Shown: positions 48,380-61,164 of the stretch, in pieces | How the letters are laid out: each line of letters begins with the position of its first letter | Position numbering within the stretch: the stretch's first letter is position 1 | Translations under genes and position numbers: made by a program | The notes under the pieces: model-generated | Database searches by the model: none | What the model was told of the DNA's origin: nothing | The model's input: only the letters and a program-made list of their open reading frames with translations | Source of the DNA: an uncultured delta proteobacterium | GTDB lineage: Bacteria > Desulfobacterota > Syntrophia > Syntrophales > UBA5619 | DNA length: 64,000 nt | Direction: 5' to 3' | NCBI GenBank assembly: GCA_963817385.1 | Contig: CAWFOM010000015.1 | Span: 13,685 to 77,684, forward strand

Positions 48380-50182
48380 ATGGACCAGATCTTCAAACTT
48401 TCCGCCTTTGTCAGGCCGTACTGGAAACGGGCCGCCCTGGCCCTGGTCCTCCTGACGGCGCTCGTCTTCATGGATCTGGCGATCCCCCGGCTGGTCCAGC
48501 GGATCATCGATCAGGGGATCGGCGGGCATGACCAGGGGGTCGTCGTCCGGACGGCGCTTGCTGATGCTCGGCATCTCGCTTCTGAGCACGCTGTTCGCCG
48601 TCGGGAACAACATCCTCTCCGTGCAGGTCGGGGAGAGCGTGGCCCGCGATCTGCGCGATGCCCTTTTCACGAAGATCCAGACCTTTTCCTTCGCCAATCT
48701 GGATGAGCAGAAGACCGGCCGGCTGATGGTGCGCCTGACCAGCGACGCGAACGCCGTCCAGCGCGTGGCGCTGATCTCGCTTCGGATCGGCACGCGCGCC
48801 CCCCTGCTGATGATCGGGAGCCTCATCCTGATGATCAACACCAGCCCCCGGCTGGCCCTGGCCATGCTGCCGATTCTCCTCGTCACGTCGGCGATCATCG
48901 TGATCTTCGTGGGCAGGATGGAGCCGCTCTTCCGGTCCGTGCAGCAGAAGCTCGACGGTCTCAACACCGTCCTGCAGGAGAACATCGCGGGGGCGCGGCT
49001 GGTCAAGTCCTTCGTGCGGGCCGATTTCGAGGGCGAGCGCTTCGAGACGGCGAGCGAGGCCTTCACCGAGCGCTCGGTGCGGGTGATGCAGATCATGTCG
49101 ACCATGTCGCCCGTCCTGACGATGTGCGTGAATATCGGCATCGTCATCGTCATCTGGGCCGGCGGCATCCAGTCGATCGAGGGGAATCTCTCCGTCGGGC
49201 AGATCGTCGCCTTCACCAACTACCTGCTCACCACCATGATGCCGCTCATCATGATGACCATGCTCTCCAACATGTGGGCGAGCGGGATCGTTTCGGCCCG
49301 GCGCGTCAACGAAGTCCTGGATACCGTTCCCGACGTCCGGGACGCGCCGGACGCGATCGCCCTGCCCGAGACGGCGGAGGGGAGGCTCGTCTTCGAAAAC
49401 GTCTCCTTCCACTACAACGGCGCAAACGCCGAATCCGTCCTGGAAGGGATCAACCTGACGATCGAGCCGGGGCAGACCGTGGCTTTCCTCGGATCGACCG
49501 GCGCGGGAAAAACGACGCTGGTCAACCTCGTGCCGCGCCTCTACGACGTCTCCGCCGGGCGGATCCTCCTCGACGGGATCGACATCCGCCGGCTCAGGCA
49601 GGACTCCCTCCTGGCCCAGATCGGGATCGTGCCGCAGGAGACGGTTCTCTTCTCCGGGACGGTGCGGGACAACATCCGCTACGGCGCCCCCGGCGCGAGC
49701 GACGAGGAGGTCGTCGCGGCGGCCAAGGCGGCCCAGGCCCACGATTTCATCATGGCGCTTTCGCAAGGGATACGACACCCATGTCGAAGAGCGGGGGACG
49801 AACCTCTCCGGCGGCCAGAAGCAGCGGATCGCCATCGCGCGGGCGCTCCTGACCCGGCCCACAGATCCTGATCCTCGACGACTGCACCAGCTCCGTGGAC
49901 GTGGAGACCGAAACCCGGATCCAGGAGGCGCTGGAGGCGCAGATGCGCCGGCACACCACGCTCGTCGTGGCGCAGCGGATCAGCACGGTCCTGAAGGCCG
50001 ACCGGATCGTCGTTCTCGAAAAAGGACGGATTGCAGCGGAGGGGACGCACGGGGAGCTGATGGCGGCAAGCCCGATCTACCGGGAGATTTTCGAATCCCA
50101 ACTGGGAAACGACCTGCCCCGGAGGGAGCCGGCCGCGGGAGAAGGAAGCGCCGCTGCAAGCCCGGGGGAGAAACCGGCATGA
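48380..50182 (+). CDS. Heterodimeric ABC exporter subunit 1 (TM287/TmrB-like, degenerate NBD), split by three +1 frameshifts
   Basis: TMD followed by [24 protein letters not shown] (no catalytic E), VAQR (no switch H). Frame changes near 48558, 49766 and 49860. Confidence 0.85.
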
Positions 50183-52014
50183 AAACCCCGTCTCTCCGTC
50201 GCTACAGCGCCAATCTCCGCTCCGGGCCGCCGCCGCCCGCGCAGGGGATGCGGGAGAAGATCGAAGCGGCCCGCGATCCGCGCCACGCCCTCGGGCGCCT
50301 GCTGCCCTATCTGATCCCCTTCAAGGCGCTCCTGATCGCGGTCTGCGGGCTGGTCGTGGTCTACCACCCTTCTGGGGCTGATCGGTCCCTACCTGATGGG
50401 GGTGGCCATCGACCGGTTCATCGCCGTGAAGGAGCCGGCCGGCCTGGCGCGGATCTCCCTCTGGATGCTCGTCATCTACCTGATGAACAACCTCTTCCAG
50501 GCGGTCTCGGCGTGGCTCATGGCCGACGTTTCCCAGCGCGCCCTCAAAAGTCTGCGCGGGGATCTCTTCTCCCACCTGCAGACCCTCCCCGTGAGCTTTT
50601 TCGACGGAAACCCGGCGGGCGAGCTGATGAGCCGCCTGACGAACGACATCGAGGCGATCAACCAGGCCGTCTCGCAGAACGTCACCTCGCTTCTGGCGAG
50701 CGTCCTTTCCCTGATCGGGATCCTGGTGGCCATGTTCGTTCTGGACGTGTGGCTGGCGCTGGCCTCGCTTCTGGTCGTTCCCATCATGTTCGCCTTCACC
50801 GAGTTCGTCGCCCGGTACACGCGCCGGGGTTTCCGGGAGCTGCAGATGCATCTGGGCGAACTCAACGGCGTGATGGAGGAGGCGATCAGCGGCCAGAAGG
50901 TGGTCAAGGTGTTCCGCCGGAACGAGTCGGCGCTCGCCGCCTTCCGCCGGAGCAATCAGGAGGTGTTTCGCGCTGCCGTCTGGGCCAACAGCTATGCCTT
51001 CCTGCTCATGCCGCTGACGAACGTCCTGGGGAACTTCTTCGTGATCGTCCTGGCGGGGCTCGGCGGCTGGCTCGCCCTCAAGGGGCTGGTCACCGTCGGG
51101 ATCATCGCGACCTTCATCAACTACGGGCAGAACTTCATCAGCCCCCTGCGGCAGCTCGCGAACATGTACAACTCGATCCAGGCCGCGCTCGCCGGGGCCG
51201 AGCGGGTGTTTGAGATCATCGACACGCCGTCCGAGGCGGCGGACGCCCCGGACGCCGCACCGCTCGACGGCTATCCGGGGAGAGGTCCGGTTCGAGCGGG
51301 TCAGCTTCGGCTACCGCCCGGGGATACCCATCATCAAGGAGATGACCATCGATGCCAAGGCCGGGGAGACGCTGGCGCTCGTGGGACCGACCGGGGCGGG
51401 GAAGACCACCCTCATCAACCTCCTGACCCGCTTCTACGAAATCGACGAAGGCCGGATCACCATCGACGGCAGGGACATTCGCTCCATCCGGAAGGCCGAC
51501 CTGCGCCGCCGGCTGGGGCTCGTCCTGCAGGAGACGTTTCTCTTCTCCGGGAGCGTGCTGGAGAACATCCGCTACGGGCGGCTGGAGGCCACCGACGAGG
51601 AGTGCATCGCGGCGGCAAAAACGGCCGGCGCCGATCCCTTCATCCGGCAACTGCCGCAGGGCTACCGGACCAATCTCTCGGAGCGGGCCGGGAACCTGAG
51701 CCAGGGGCAGCGGCAGCTCCTGTCCATCGCCCGCGCGATCCTCGCCGATCCGGCGATCCTGATCCTCGACGAGGCGACCAGCAGCGTCGATACCCGCACC
51801 GAGGCCCGCATCCAGAAGGCGCTCCTGCAGCCTCATGGCGGGGCGGACCAGCTTCGTGATCGCCCACCGCCTGAGCACGATCCGTGATGCCGGCCAGGTT
51901 CTGGTGATCGATAACGGCGAAATCGTCGAGAAGGGGACGCACCGGGAGCTCCTCGAGAGGCGCGGGTTCTACCACCATCTCTACGTCAGCCAGTTCAAGG
52001 GGCAGGCAATCTAA
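50179..52014 (+). CDS. Heterodimeric ABC exporter subunit 2 (TM288/TmrA-like), split by three +1 frameshifts
   Basis: [42 protein letters not shown]. Frame changes near 50365, 51270 and 51831; stop TAA at 52012-52014. Confidence 0.85.
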
Positions 52015-52068
52015 CTATTTTCGCCAAACTTTCGGAGAAGCCGGTTGATGGATTCGTGATGCAGCACG

Positions 52069-54717
52069 TTATCGGTTTAGTTCATCCCGAATGGCCGCAC
52101 CGATCCGTTCCATCGCATAGGGCTTCTTGACATAGGCGCCTGCTCCCAGTTTCTGAGCCTTCGTGACTCTTTCAGTCTCGGAAAAACCGCTGACAAGGAT
52201 AGCCTTCTGTTTCGGGTTGATTGCCAGAACCCTTTGGTAGGTCTCCAGACCATCGATCCCCGGCGTCATAATCATGTCCAGGACCAGAATGTCCGCCGTA
52301 TGTCCCTTGAGGTATTCCACCGCCTCTTCCCCGCCGGAAACCACGTGAACCTCATACCCCAGCCGGGTAAGCAATCGGGCGGCAACATCCCGCTGCTCGG
52401 CAATGTCATCCACAACCAATACCGATTCTCCGTTCCCCATGTATCGTTCTATCGGCTCCTTCTGCTGCGGTGCGATCAGTTCCTCCCGGGTGACCGGGAA
52501 GTACAGCGTGAAGGTGGTTCCCGTTCCGACTTCCGTCTGTACATCGATATACCCGTGGTGATCTTTTACCGTTCCCCAGACAATCGACAATCCCAGCCCG
52601 GTCCCGCTCCTGCCCATCGTCTTTTTCGTATAGAACGGTTCAAATATCTTCTCTCTATTCTCGGCGGGAATGCCCATCCCCGTATCGGATACGGTCAGTA
52701 CGGCGTAATCCCCCTCCTTGACCTCGTCATAGCCCCTGACGGCTTTGTCGAGATAGCGGCTCTCCGTCCGGATCGTTACCTCCCCCTTTCCGGAAATAGA
52801 TTCCGCCGCATTCGACACCAGGTTGATCAACGTCTTTTCCAGATGGATAGGCGAACCTTTGATGTTCAGAACATTCTTGTCGCACTCGGTCCTGAAGGTC
52901 ACCCGGGGATGATAGTCCTTCATCTTCTCAAACACCGGGGTCTTGAGAAAACCGGAAACGACGCTGTTGAGATTGATCACGTCCGATGCCGTGACCCCCC
53001 GCCTGGCCAGCGTGAGAAGGTCCTGAATGATCGCGGCTCCCTTCTCCGTGGACTGCAATATCTTTTCAACGTGGCCCCGGGAGCGATGCCCATCGGGAAT
53101 TTCCTCCAGCAATAGCTCCGAATACCCGCTGAGTATCCCCAGGACGTTATTCAGATCATGGGCCACCCCGCCGGCCAGTTGCCCGAGGGCCTCCATCTTC
53201 TCCGAACGTTGCAGTCGCTCCTCCAGGCCGCGCTTTTCCTCCTCCATCCGTTTGCGTTCGGTGATGTCAAGAATGACGCCTACCAGTCCGGCCACATACC
53301 CATCTGTGCCAACATAAGTAGCCTTATTGAAAATGATATCATGCCTGTTCCCGTCTGCGTGCAGGAACGATGTCTCATAAACCTGCGCACCTGGCTGGGT
53401 GAACAATGCCTCGTCTGCTTGATAATAGATGTTGGCTAAATCTTGGGGAGCCACTCCAAAGACGGTTTTGCCGACAACCTGCTCTTTCGTCATACCTAAA
53501 AATTTCTCGTAAGCCACGTTACAACCACGGAACATACCCTTCCGGTCTTTGTAAAAGATCGGGAGGGGGATGGCATCGAGTAATTGTTGCAAGAAATATA
53601 ATTGCTCCCGTAGCAACTCCTCTGCCCGTTGGCGCTCTGCTATGCGCTGTTCCAGTGATTCCGCCATCCGGTCGAACGCATGTGCCAGTTTACTCAATTC
53701 GCCGGTACCGTACGCCTTGCCGGTACGAGCACTCAAATTGCCATCCTCCAGTCGTTTGGCCGTATGCAATAGGGCATTAATATGTCGCAAAAGGAACAGG
53801 TTGCTGCCGACCCAGGCAACGATGAATGCAAGCAAGGAAGCCAGTCCCAGAGCGATGAGATTGCGCGTTAAGATCCAATTGGTCTGCGCGTACGCAACGG
53901 ATGTGGGGATGCCGATGAATACGTACACACTGCCGCTTGTCTGGGTTCCCAATGGTGCAAAAGCATACAGGCGTTTTATGCCGTCAATTCCTGTTGTCTC
54001 AAGAGTACCCTGGCCTTGTTGGGTTCGAATGGTGTTGACGATAGGGGCTTGTTTAACCGTTTGGCCAACCCATTTGTCGGGCTCAAGGGTGCGCGCCAAA
54101 ACTGTGAAGTTGCGATCAATTACGGTCAGCACCGAACCGGGCGGCAACTTCGTCTTGGCAACAAATTGATTGAGCCAATCCAGACCAAACCCGGTCACAA
54201 TGATTTTTTGAACCTTTCCGGCAGCATCCATGATCGGATAGGCGATTGATGACTGCGACTTCTTGGTAACCCGCCCTATCACGTATTCACCGATGACAAA
54301 ATCCCGCGTGCGCATCACCTCGGGAAACCAACCGCGATCCGCATAATTGGGTGAACCACCGGTAGGGACGCCACTGCACCAGAGATCCCCATTTGATTTG
54401 ACTGCGATTATATTGTTATATCGTTTATACTGTCTGAGAAGATCCGCGAAGAGCGTGGAACACGGTTTGGAATCCTCCTGGTGTAATTCGGGGCGGCGAG
54501 CCAATCCGGCTAACATTTGGCGTGTGCCCTCGATCAGCAAATCTTGATTGCCGGAGGCAACGACCGCCAGTTGCATCGCATCATGTTTGGCATTCTGTCC
54601 AGAAATTCTTCGCGCTTCCAGGCCCGTAAGCAAGATTATTATAAGAGATGGAATGATGGCAATGAGAACCAAAAGAATCAAGCGAACCCGAAGACTGCCG
54701 AAAGAGAAACGATTCAT
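52069..54717 (-). CDS. Hybrid sensor histidine kinase (Cache-HAMP-PAS-HisKA-HATPase-REC)
   Basis: 2 TM around a Cache-like region, HAMP, PAS, GVAHDLNN, GTGLGL, LVVDD...DMIM...KP. Confidence 0.93.
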   Translation of the reverse strand: MNRFSFGSLRVRLILLVLIAIIPSLIIILLTGLEARRISGQNAKHDAMQLAVVASGNQDLLIEGTRQMLAGLARRPELHQEDSKPCSTLFADLLRQYKRYNNIIAVKSNGDLWCSGVPTGGSPNYADRGWFPEVMRTRDFVIGEYVIGRVTKKSQSSIAYPIMDAAGKVQKIIVTGFGLDWLNQFVAKTKLPPGSVLTVIDRNFTVLARTLEPDKWVGQTVKQAPIVNTIRTQQGQGTLETTGIDGIKRLYAFAPLGTQTSGSVYVFIGIPTSVAYAQTNWILTRNLIALGLASLLAFIVAWVGSNLFLLRHINALLHTAKRLEDGNLSARTGKAYGTGELSKLAHAFDRMAESLEQRIAERQRAEELLREQLYFLQQLLDAIPLPIFYKDRKGMFRGCNVAYEKFLGMTKEQVVGKTVFGVAPQDLANIYYQADEALFTQPGAQVYETSFLHADGNRHDIIFNKATYVGTDGYVAGLVGVILDITERKRMEEEKRGLEERLQRSEKMEALGQLAGGVAHDLNNVLGILSGYSELLLEEIPDGHRSRGHVEKILQSTEKGAAIIQDLLTLARRGVTASDVINLNSVVSGFLKTPVFEKMKDYHPRVTFRTECDKNVLNIKGSPIHLEKTLINLVSNAAESISGKGEVTIRTESRYLDKAVRGYDEVKEGDYAVLTVSDTGMGIPAENREKIFEPFYTKKTMGRSGTGLGLSIVWGTVKDHHGYIDVQTEVGTGTTFTLYFPVTREELIAPQQKEPIERYMGNGESVLVVDDIAEQRDVAARLLTRLGYEVHVVSGGEEAVEYLKGHTADILVLDMIMTPGIDGLETYQRVLAINPKQKAILVSGFSETERVTKAQKLGAGAYVKKPYAMERIGAAIRDELNR

Positions 54718-55101
54718 TTTGATGGATCATCCTTTCTTACGGATAGAGTGTAATAAATGCAGTCTTGTATAATAGGATTGATCTGCCGGCAAGAATAGGG
54801 ATAATCAAATCGTTAGTCAATGAAAATTCTGTGTGTTGTTGCGAGCCGAAGAGCGATTTTGTCAAGGAAGAATGAGGAATCGTGAAAGCGGGTTCCGATG
54901 GGGCGGACGGTTAAGGAGCGCCCCTCCGCAGGCCGTACCGGACTATCCGTGAAGATCCGCGGCCGCCGGCCGGAGAAATCGGGTTGGAAAAATCATGTTG
55001 AACATGGCGGGGAGCTCCTGTATAGCTTTCATTGGGCCGGGCGGTCATCCGGGAACGGTTCCCGCCGGCCTCGATCGCCGATCCTGTTTCACCGGAAGAG
55101 A

Positions 55102-55167
55102 TGAATCTGCCAGCGAGCGCGTTATTCGCGGCTTGCCCGGCGGAGTAAACGGGCAAGAACGAAATGG
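55102..55167. repeat. REP-like palindromic element, copy 2 (more diverged)
   Basis: TGAATCTGCCAGCGAGCGCGTTATTCGCGGCTTGCCCGGCGGAGTAAACGGGC aligns with 48224-48286. Confidence 0.6.
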
Positions 55168-55197
55168 TTTGTGAAACACCCGCAAAGGCGTAACGGC

Positions 55198-58100
55198 ATG
55201 AAACGAACACCCTACTTTCTGGTCGATGCCGGCATCGAGAACGTCCATGTCCGCTGTCTGGGAGCCGACGGCCGGGTACGGCGCGAGCGCAGTTGCGCCC
55301 ATCACGGAAAGCTGAAGCCTCTTCTGGATGCGGAAATCGCTCTTCTGACCGACCCGGCGCCGGGCGGCGAAGCGGATCCGGAGATCTTTCTGACGGGGAA
55401 ACTCTCCGCTGAAGCCTGCCGCGGCCCTGGGCGGCGGAACGCGGATCCTCTCCGAAGCCGCGCTCCGGAGGGCGGCCCGGCTGCTCTTGGACGGTCGGGA
55501 CCCGGGAGGGGACAAACGCCGAATCCGTGGCGATCATCGATTTTTCCGCATCGGGGTACTGCGTCGTCACCGCCGGGCGAAACGGACAAAAACCGGCGGA
55601 GGGGATCGCCAGGAACCCCTCCTGCGGCGCGGGATCGGGGGTCAATCTCCGCCGGGTCCTGGAAAAACTGGCAATCGCGCTTGAAGACGCGGATCGTCTC
55701 CTCGATGCCTACCTTGGCGAGCGGGGCGCTCCGCTGCGCGCGGCGTTGCCGGTGCGGACGGAGCGCTGCGGCGTGTTTTCCGTCTCCGCCACGGTATCCG
55801 ACAAGAACCAGGGGATTCCCATCGACCACGCCCTGGCGGTCACCATGAAATCGGAGGTGATGAAACCCTGCAGCCGGGTTCCCGCCGGGATCGGCCGCGT
55901 CTATCTGACGGGGGGCGTCTTCCGCTGGCGATTCATGCGGGAGTGCGCCGAAGACGATCTGCGCGCCCGGGGCATCCGGGATATCCGCTACGACGAGGAT
56001 CAGTCGCTGGTGATGACGGGCATGGAGGCCCTGGCCGCGGATCTGTCGGGCGGGACGGCCTCTGCGCCGAGGCCGGTCGGGCTTCTCCGCAGAAAAACGG
56101 CGGAGGCGCCGCTGCCCTCCTTTCGGGAGATCCGGGAGCGTCTCGCCGCCGGGGATCGGTTCGTCAGGCAAAGCGAAGAGGAACGGACACTGCCCGGCAT
56201 CGCTTCTCTCATCGGGCGGCCGGTCGACATCGCGCTGGATATCGGCTCCAGCATGGCCAAGATGGTCATCGCCGAAGCCGCGAGCGGGGAGATCCTCTAC
56301 CGGGATTGCATACCCAACAAGGGCGACGCCCTGCAGACGGTCCGCTGTCTCATCGGCGCCCTCGACGAGGCGGGCGTGAAGGGGCTCGCCGGTGCAGCAC
56401 TGGGGTCTCACCGGGAGCGGCCGCTACCAGATCCGGAAGATCCTCCAGGCCGTGTATCCCCACCTCGGCGACCGCATCTTTACGCTGGTCGAAAACGAGG
56501 CCCATGTTCTGGGCTCTCTCGGACTGCTCAAGGAGCACCTGGCCTGGCTCGAAGCGCGGGGGCGCTCGCCCGTCAACGGCAATTTCGGCCTCCTGGTGGA
56601 TATCGGCGGCGAAGACACGAAGATCTCCGTGATTTCCTTGCGGCAGCAGGCCCTGTTCGAAAACGCCATGAACTGCAAATGCTCGGCCGGCACGGGGAGC
56701 CTCATGGATATCCTGCGGGACCTGCTGGACATTCCGGACGTCGCGGAGGCCTATCGGATGGCGGGCGAGGCCGGGCGGGCCTGGAGGATCAATGCCACCT
56801 GTGCGGTATTCCTCATGGAAGAGGCCCGGAAGATGCAGGCCCGGGGGGTTCCCGCCGCCGAGATCCTCGCCTCCTGCTGCACCGCCATCGTGGAGAACAT
56901 GGCCCGGACGCTCTGGCAGCAGGTGACGATCCCGCCCAATCCGGTCGTCCTCCTGCACGGCCAGACGATGATGAGCGATCCCCTGGCGCTGGCCACCATC
57001 AGCCGCCTGGAGGCGTACGGCCGCGGGCCCGTTTACGGCCTTGTCCCTCCCCATCCGGGCCACCGCGCCTGTTACGGCCTGCTCGGCCGCGCCGCCGGCG
57101 GAGGGGATGCGATCCTCCGCGAGGAGTGCCGATGGGAGCGCTTCACCGGCTGGCCCTACGATCGGAAGCTGATCTCCTGCCCCGGCCGCGTCTGCGGCAA
57201 CGAGCGGATGCGCTGTACCCGGACGGCCATCCGCGTCCCGGCGAGATCGATCCGCCGCTTACGCTGACGATCGGCGGCTGCACGTCCGTCAACGAGCGGC
57301 CGGCGGTGAAATCGCCCGGATACGCGGACGTTCCCGACGCCTACCGGGAGATCTGGCAGTGGATCGACGCCCAGCATCCCCGCTCGGAGAGCCCCGACCG
57401 GCTGGTCATCCCCCGCTGCTTCACGCTGTCGCAGCAGGCCTATCCGTTCGCGGCATGCCTCGAAGCGCTGGGGCTTCCCGTCCATGTCGACACGGTGCGG
57501 GAGGAGGATATCCGGGCGGCCCAGAGCTGCTTCGAGATGGACACCTGCGCCCCGATGATCGGGGCGACCGGCCAGTGCATCCGTCTGGCCGCTGCAGCCG
57601 CACGGCCTGATCTTCCTGCCGCAGATCGACTACCTGCCCGCCCAGGGGGCAAGCCTGGGGAGGACCTGTACGACCAATCAGGGGGGGATCTGGGCGGCTG
57701 TCCAGTTCGCCCGGCTTGCCCATCCCGGAGGCGCGTTTTCTGGTGACCCCGGCGAACCTGGGAGAGGCGGATGATTCCGCCCTGACGCGCCAGCTTTACC
57801 GGTCGCTCCAAGGGATCTTTGCCGCCTACGGCCTCAGTATCGGCCTTGACCGGTTTCGCGAGGCCTGGCGGCATGCCGCCCAGGCCGTCAGAACGCTGGA
57901 GGAGGGGAAGGCGGAGCTGGCCGCCGGTTATCTGGAGCGCGCGGCGGCAGGCGGGAACCCCGTCACCGTCGTCTGCGGCCGGGAATATGTCCTCACCCCG
58001 GGCATCTACGACCAGCACATCAGCAAAATGCTCAAGGACAAGGGGATCCTGCCCCTGCCGTCCTACGCCTTCGACACGGCGCTGGACGCCCGGTTTGCCC

Positions 58101-59991
58101 ATATCTACTGGAGAACCGCCCATGACATCCTGACCAAGGTCGAGGCGATTGTCCGGGGGAGGCTCCACGAGCTGATCGGCCATCCCCGGCTGAAAGAGGC
58201 TGTCCGGCGTCTGGAGAAGGGCCATGGGCCATCGCGGCTCAGCCACGCGGTCCTCACGACCTTCCGGTGCGGTCCCGACAGTGTTACCACCCCGCTTCTG
58301 CAGGAGATCTCCCGGCCGGTCCCTTCGGTGTGGATACAATCGGACGGGACGATCGCGGAGCTCGCCCACCTGGAGAACCGGATCAGCACCCACCTGCGCC
58401 GTCTCGAGCAGCGGGGGCGTGTCACCGGAGGCGCCCGCGACTCAACGCCTGCAGATGGAGGTCCTGACCGGGTTCAATCTCGACGGCCTCAATCCCGCGA
58501 CCGACGTCGTCTACTTTCCCACGCTGGGAGACAACCGCGTCATGACGGCTCTGATCCGTTCCCTGGGGATCGCCGCCGCCGACAATTACTCGGACGACGC
58601 CTACGATCTCGAACGGAAGGGCAGGACGGGACGGCAGTACGTGGGGGATGCGGTCTGCGTCCCTCTGGCGGCCGTCTTTGCGGACATGCTCGCCGCCGTG
58701 GAGGATTTTCTCGCAAAAAAGCGTTCCGGCGATCCGCGGTACCGCGGGAAGGAGCCGGATCGTCCTGTTCATGAACGGCGGGGACGGGCCCTGCCGGCTG
58801 GGGCAGTACATCCACGTCTTCAAGCTGGCATTCTTCCGCGTCTTCGGCCGGCCGGAGATCTCCAGCCCGGCGGAGGGGGGAAGGGACGGCGCCGTGCAGA
58901 TCCGGCTTCTGGAAAACGTCTCCAGCAGCCTTACCGACAACGGCGATTTCCTCGCGGTCTTCGAACCCTGGGCAGGCATCCTCGGTTACCAGGGGCTCGT
59001 GGCCCACGGCCTCTACCACAGCCTCCTCCTGAAGGCCGCCGCCCGCTGCCGCGATGCGGCGTCATTTAGGGCGCTGATGAAGGATTATCGCGAGCTGAAG
59101 GAGGCCATCGGCCGGCAGATCGAGTTTGGGGCGCCTCCCGGAAGGGCCGCGCGGCGTCTGGTGGCCGGCGTCTCCCGCCGCTTGCCGCCCCTCGCGGGCC
59201 CGGCGAAATATCTCGGCTACGGCCTCTGGCACAATTTCGGCCTGAGAAGACTCTTTCGCTCCTTTGCCGAGCGCTGGATCTTTCCTGCCGAGCACGATGG
59301 CGGAGACGGTGCGCGGCCGATCCGCATCCATCTGGACGGGGAGGTCTATATGCGGACGAGCCAGGCCGAAGCGATCCTGCAACACCTCACCGAATACCTC
59401 GGGTTCGGCGCCTTCGAGCTGACCCTGGCCCCGACATGGTGCTACTTCGAGGCGCTTCTCTTCGCCCGGCTGCTCGACGCCCGGGCGCGGATCGCCGATC
59501 TCGACGGGGAGAGGGGCGACTCTTCGGCGGACCGGCGCCGCTTGGAGGGAGAACGGGCGAACCGGCAGCGGATCGTCCGGGATACGGAGCGGACCATCAG
59601 CAGGTTGCGGAATCTGCTCGCCCGCCCGCTCTATGCCGCCGCCGGGGTGCGCATGCCCCACCCCATGCGCGAGGTGTATGCCGCCGCAGAGCCGATCATC
59701 CCCACGGGGAAGCCGTACGGCGAGCTGGTGCCGTTCGCCGGGGAGGCGGTGTTGCGGTGCCGCGAGGGGGTCGATCTGATTCTGAACGTCGCGCCGCAGG
59801 GGTGCATGGTTTCCGGGATGGGGGAGATGCTGATCCCCTCGATCCTGGAGCAGGGCGGGGCGGCGGGCCGCACGACGATCGCCTCACTCTCCTCCCGGGA
59901 CGGGGAGGTCGACGAGGAGCAGCTCCGTCTGGCGCTTCTGCGGGCGCTGGGGACAAAATGGAACGGTGTCCTGCCGGCTGCGACGCCATGA
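55198..59991 (+). CDS. Large acyl-CoA dehydratase activase-related protein (tandem BadF/BcrAD ASKHA ATPase domains + DUF2229-like domains), split by about 8 frameshifts
   Basis: [90 protein letters not shown]. Fragments join in order across frames. Confidence 0.82.
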
Positions 59992-60118
59992 TCCGTGGTC
60001 CGCGAAGCGGTCGGAAATTCCCCTACCCACCACCCCTGCCAGTTCGCCATTGACCCGAACACATTACCCTGCTATCGTTCAATCTCTTCATACTCAACGG
60101 GATCACCGGGAGGCATCG

Positions 60119-61129
60119 ATGCTTATCGTCATGATTCACAAAGCCACAAAGGGGCAGCTTGATGCCGTCGTCAAGGCTGTGGAAGATATGGGGTTGCGGG
60201 CGGCGCCGATACCCGGCAGCGAACGGATCGCGGTAGGGGTGCTCGGGAACGAGGGATATGTGGACGATCTGACAATCCGCGACCTTCCGGGCATTCAGGA
60301 GATCATCCATGTTTCCAAGCCGTACAAGCTGGTTTCCCGCGATTTTCATCCGCAGAGGAGCGTGGTGGACGTTTGCGGCGTTAAAATAGGCGAAGGTTGC
60401 CGCCCTATTGTCGCCGCGGGACCGTGCGCCGTGGAAGGGGAGGAGCAGATCGTCAAAACTGCCCTGGCGGTCAGGGCCGCCGGCGCCGATCTGCTGCGGG
60501 GAGGGGCCTTCAAGCCGCGGACCGGTCCGCACACGTTTCAGGGGTTGCGGGAAGAAGGATTGCGCCTTTTGGCGATAGCGGCGAAGGAGAGCGGCCTCCC
60601 GGTCGTGACCGAAGTGATGAGCCCCGACCACGTGGAGGTCGTCGCCGAATACGCGGATCTGCTCCAGGTCGGCGCCCGGAACATGCAGAATTTCGATCTC
60701 CTGAAGGAGCTCGGCAGGGCGCGGAAGCCCGTGCTCCTCAAGCGGGGAATGAGCGCCACCATCGAGGAGTTTCTCGCCTCCGCCGAATACATCCTGGCGG
60801 GCGGAAATCCCGACGTGATCCTCTGCGAACGGGGGATCCGCACCTTTGAAACCGCCACCCGCAATACCCTGGATCTGTCGGTTGTTCCGCTCATCAAGGA
60901 ACTTTCGCATCTTCCGATCATGGTCGATCCGTCCCACGCCACGGGCAAGCGGAGCCTGGTTCCCCCCATGACCAGGGCGGCGCTGGTCGCCGGGGCGCAC
61001 GGCATCCTGATCGAAGTCCATCCCGAGCCGGAAAAGGCGCTGTCAGACGGTCCCCAATCCCTGACGCTGCAAGGATTTGCCGCATTGATGGACGATGTCC
61101 GAAAATTGAATTCGTTTCTCGGCTGTTGA
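60119..61129 (+). CDS. aroF: 3-deoxy-7-phosphoheptulonate (DAHP) synthase, type I-beta with N-terminal regulatory domain
   Basis: [62 protein letters not shown]. Confidence 0.93.
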   Translation: MLIVMIHKATKGQLDAVVKAVEDMGLRAAPIPGSERIAVGVLGNEGYVDDLTIRDLPGIQEIIHVSKPYKLVSRDFHPQRSVVDVCGVKIGEGCRPIVAAGPCAVEGEEQIVKTALAVRAAGADLLRGGAFKPRTGPHTFQGLREEGLRLLAIAAKESGLPVVTEVMSPDHVEVVAEYADLLQVGARNMQNFDLLKELGRARKPVLLKRGMSATIEEFLASAEYILAGGNPDVILCERGIRTFETATRNTLDLSVVPLIKELSHLPIMVDPSHATGKRSLVPPMTRAALVAGAHGILIEVHPEPEKALSDGPQSLTLQGFAALMDDVRKLNSFLGC

Positions 61130-61164
61130 ATAGGAGAACACTCAAAAATAATGGAGGATTTATC

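Noticed and set aside
48380..59991. Programmed ribosomal frameshifting or phase variation
   Set aside because: Too many sites, no slippery heptamers or long simple repeats, and a near-uniform +1 pattern typical of sequencing error.
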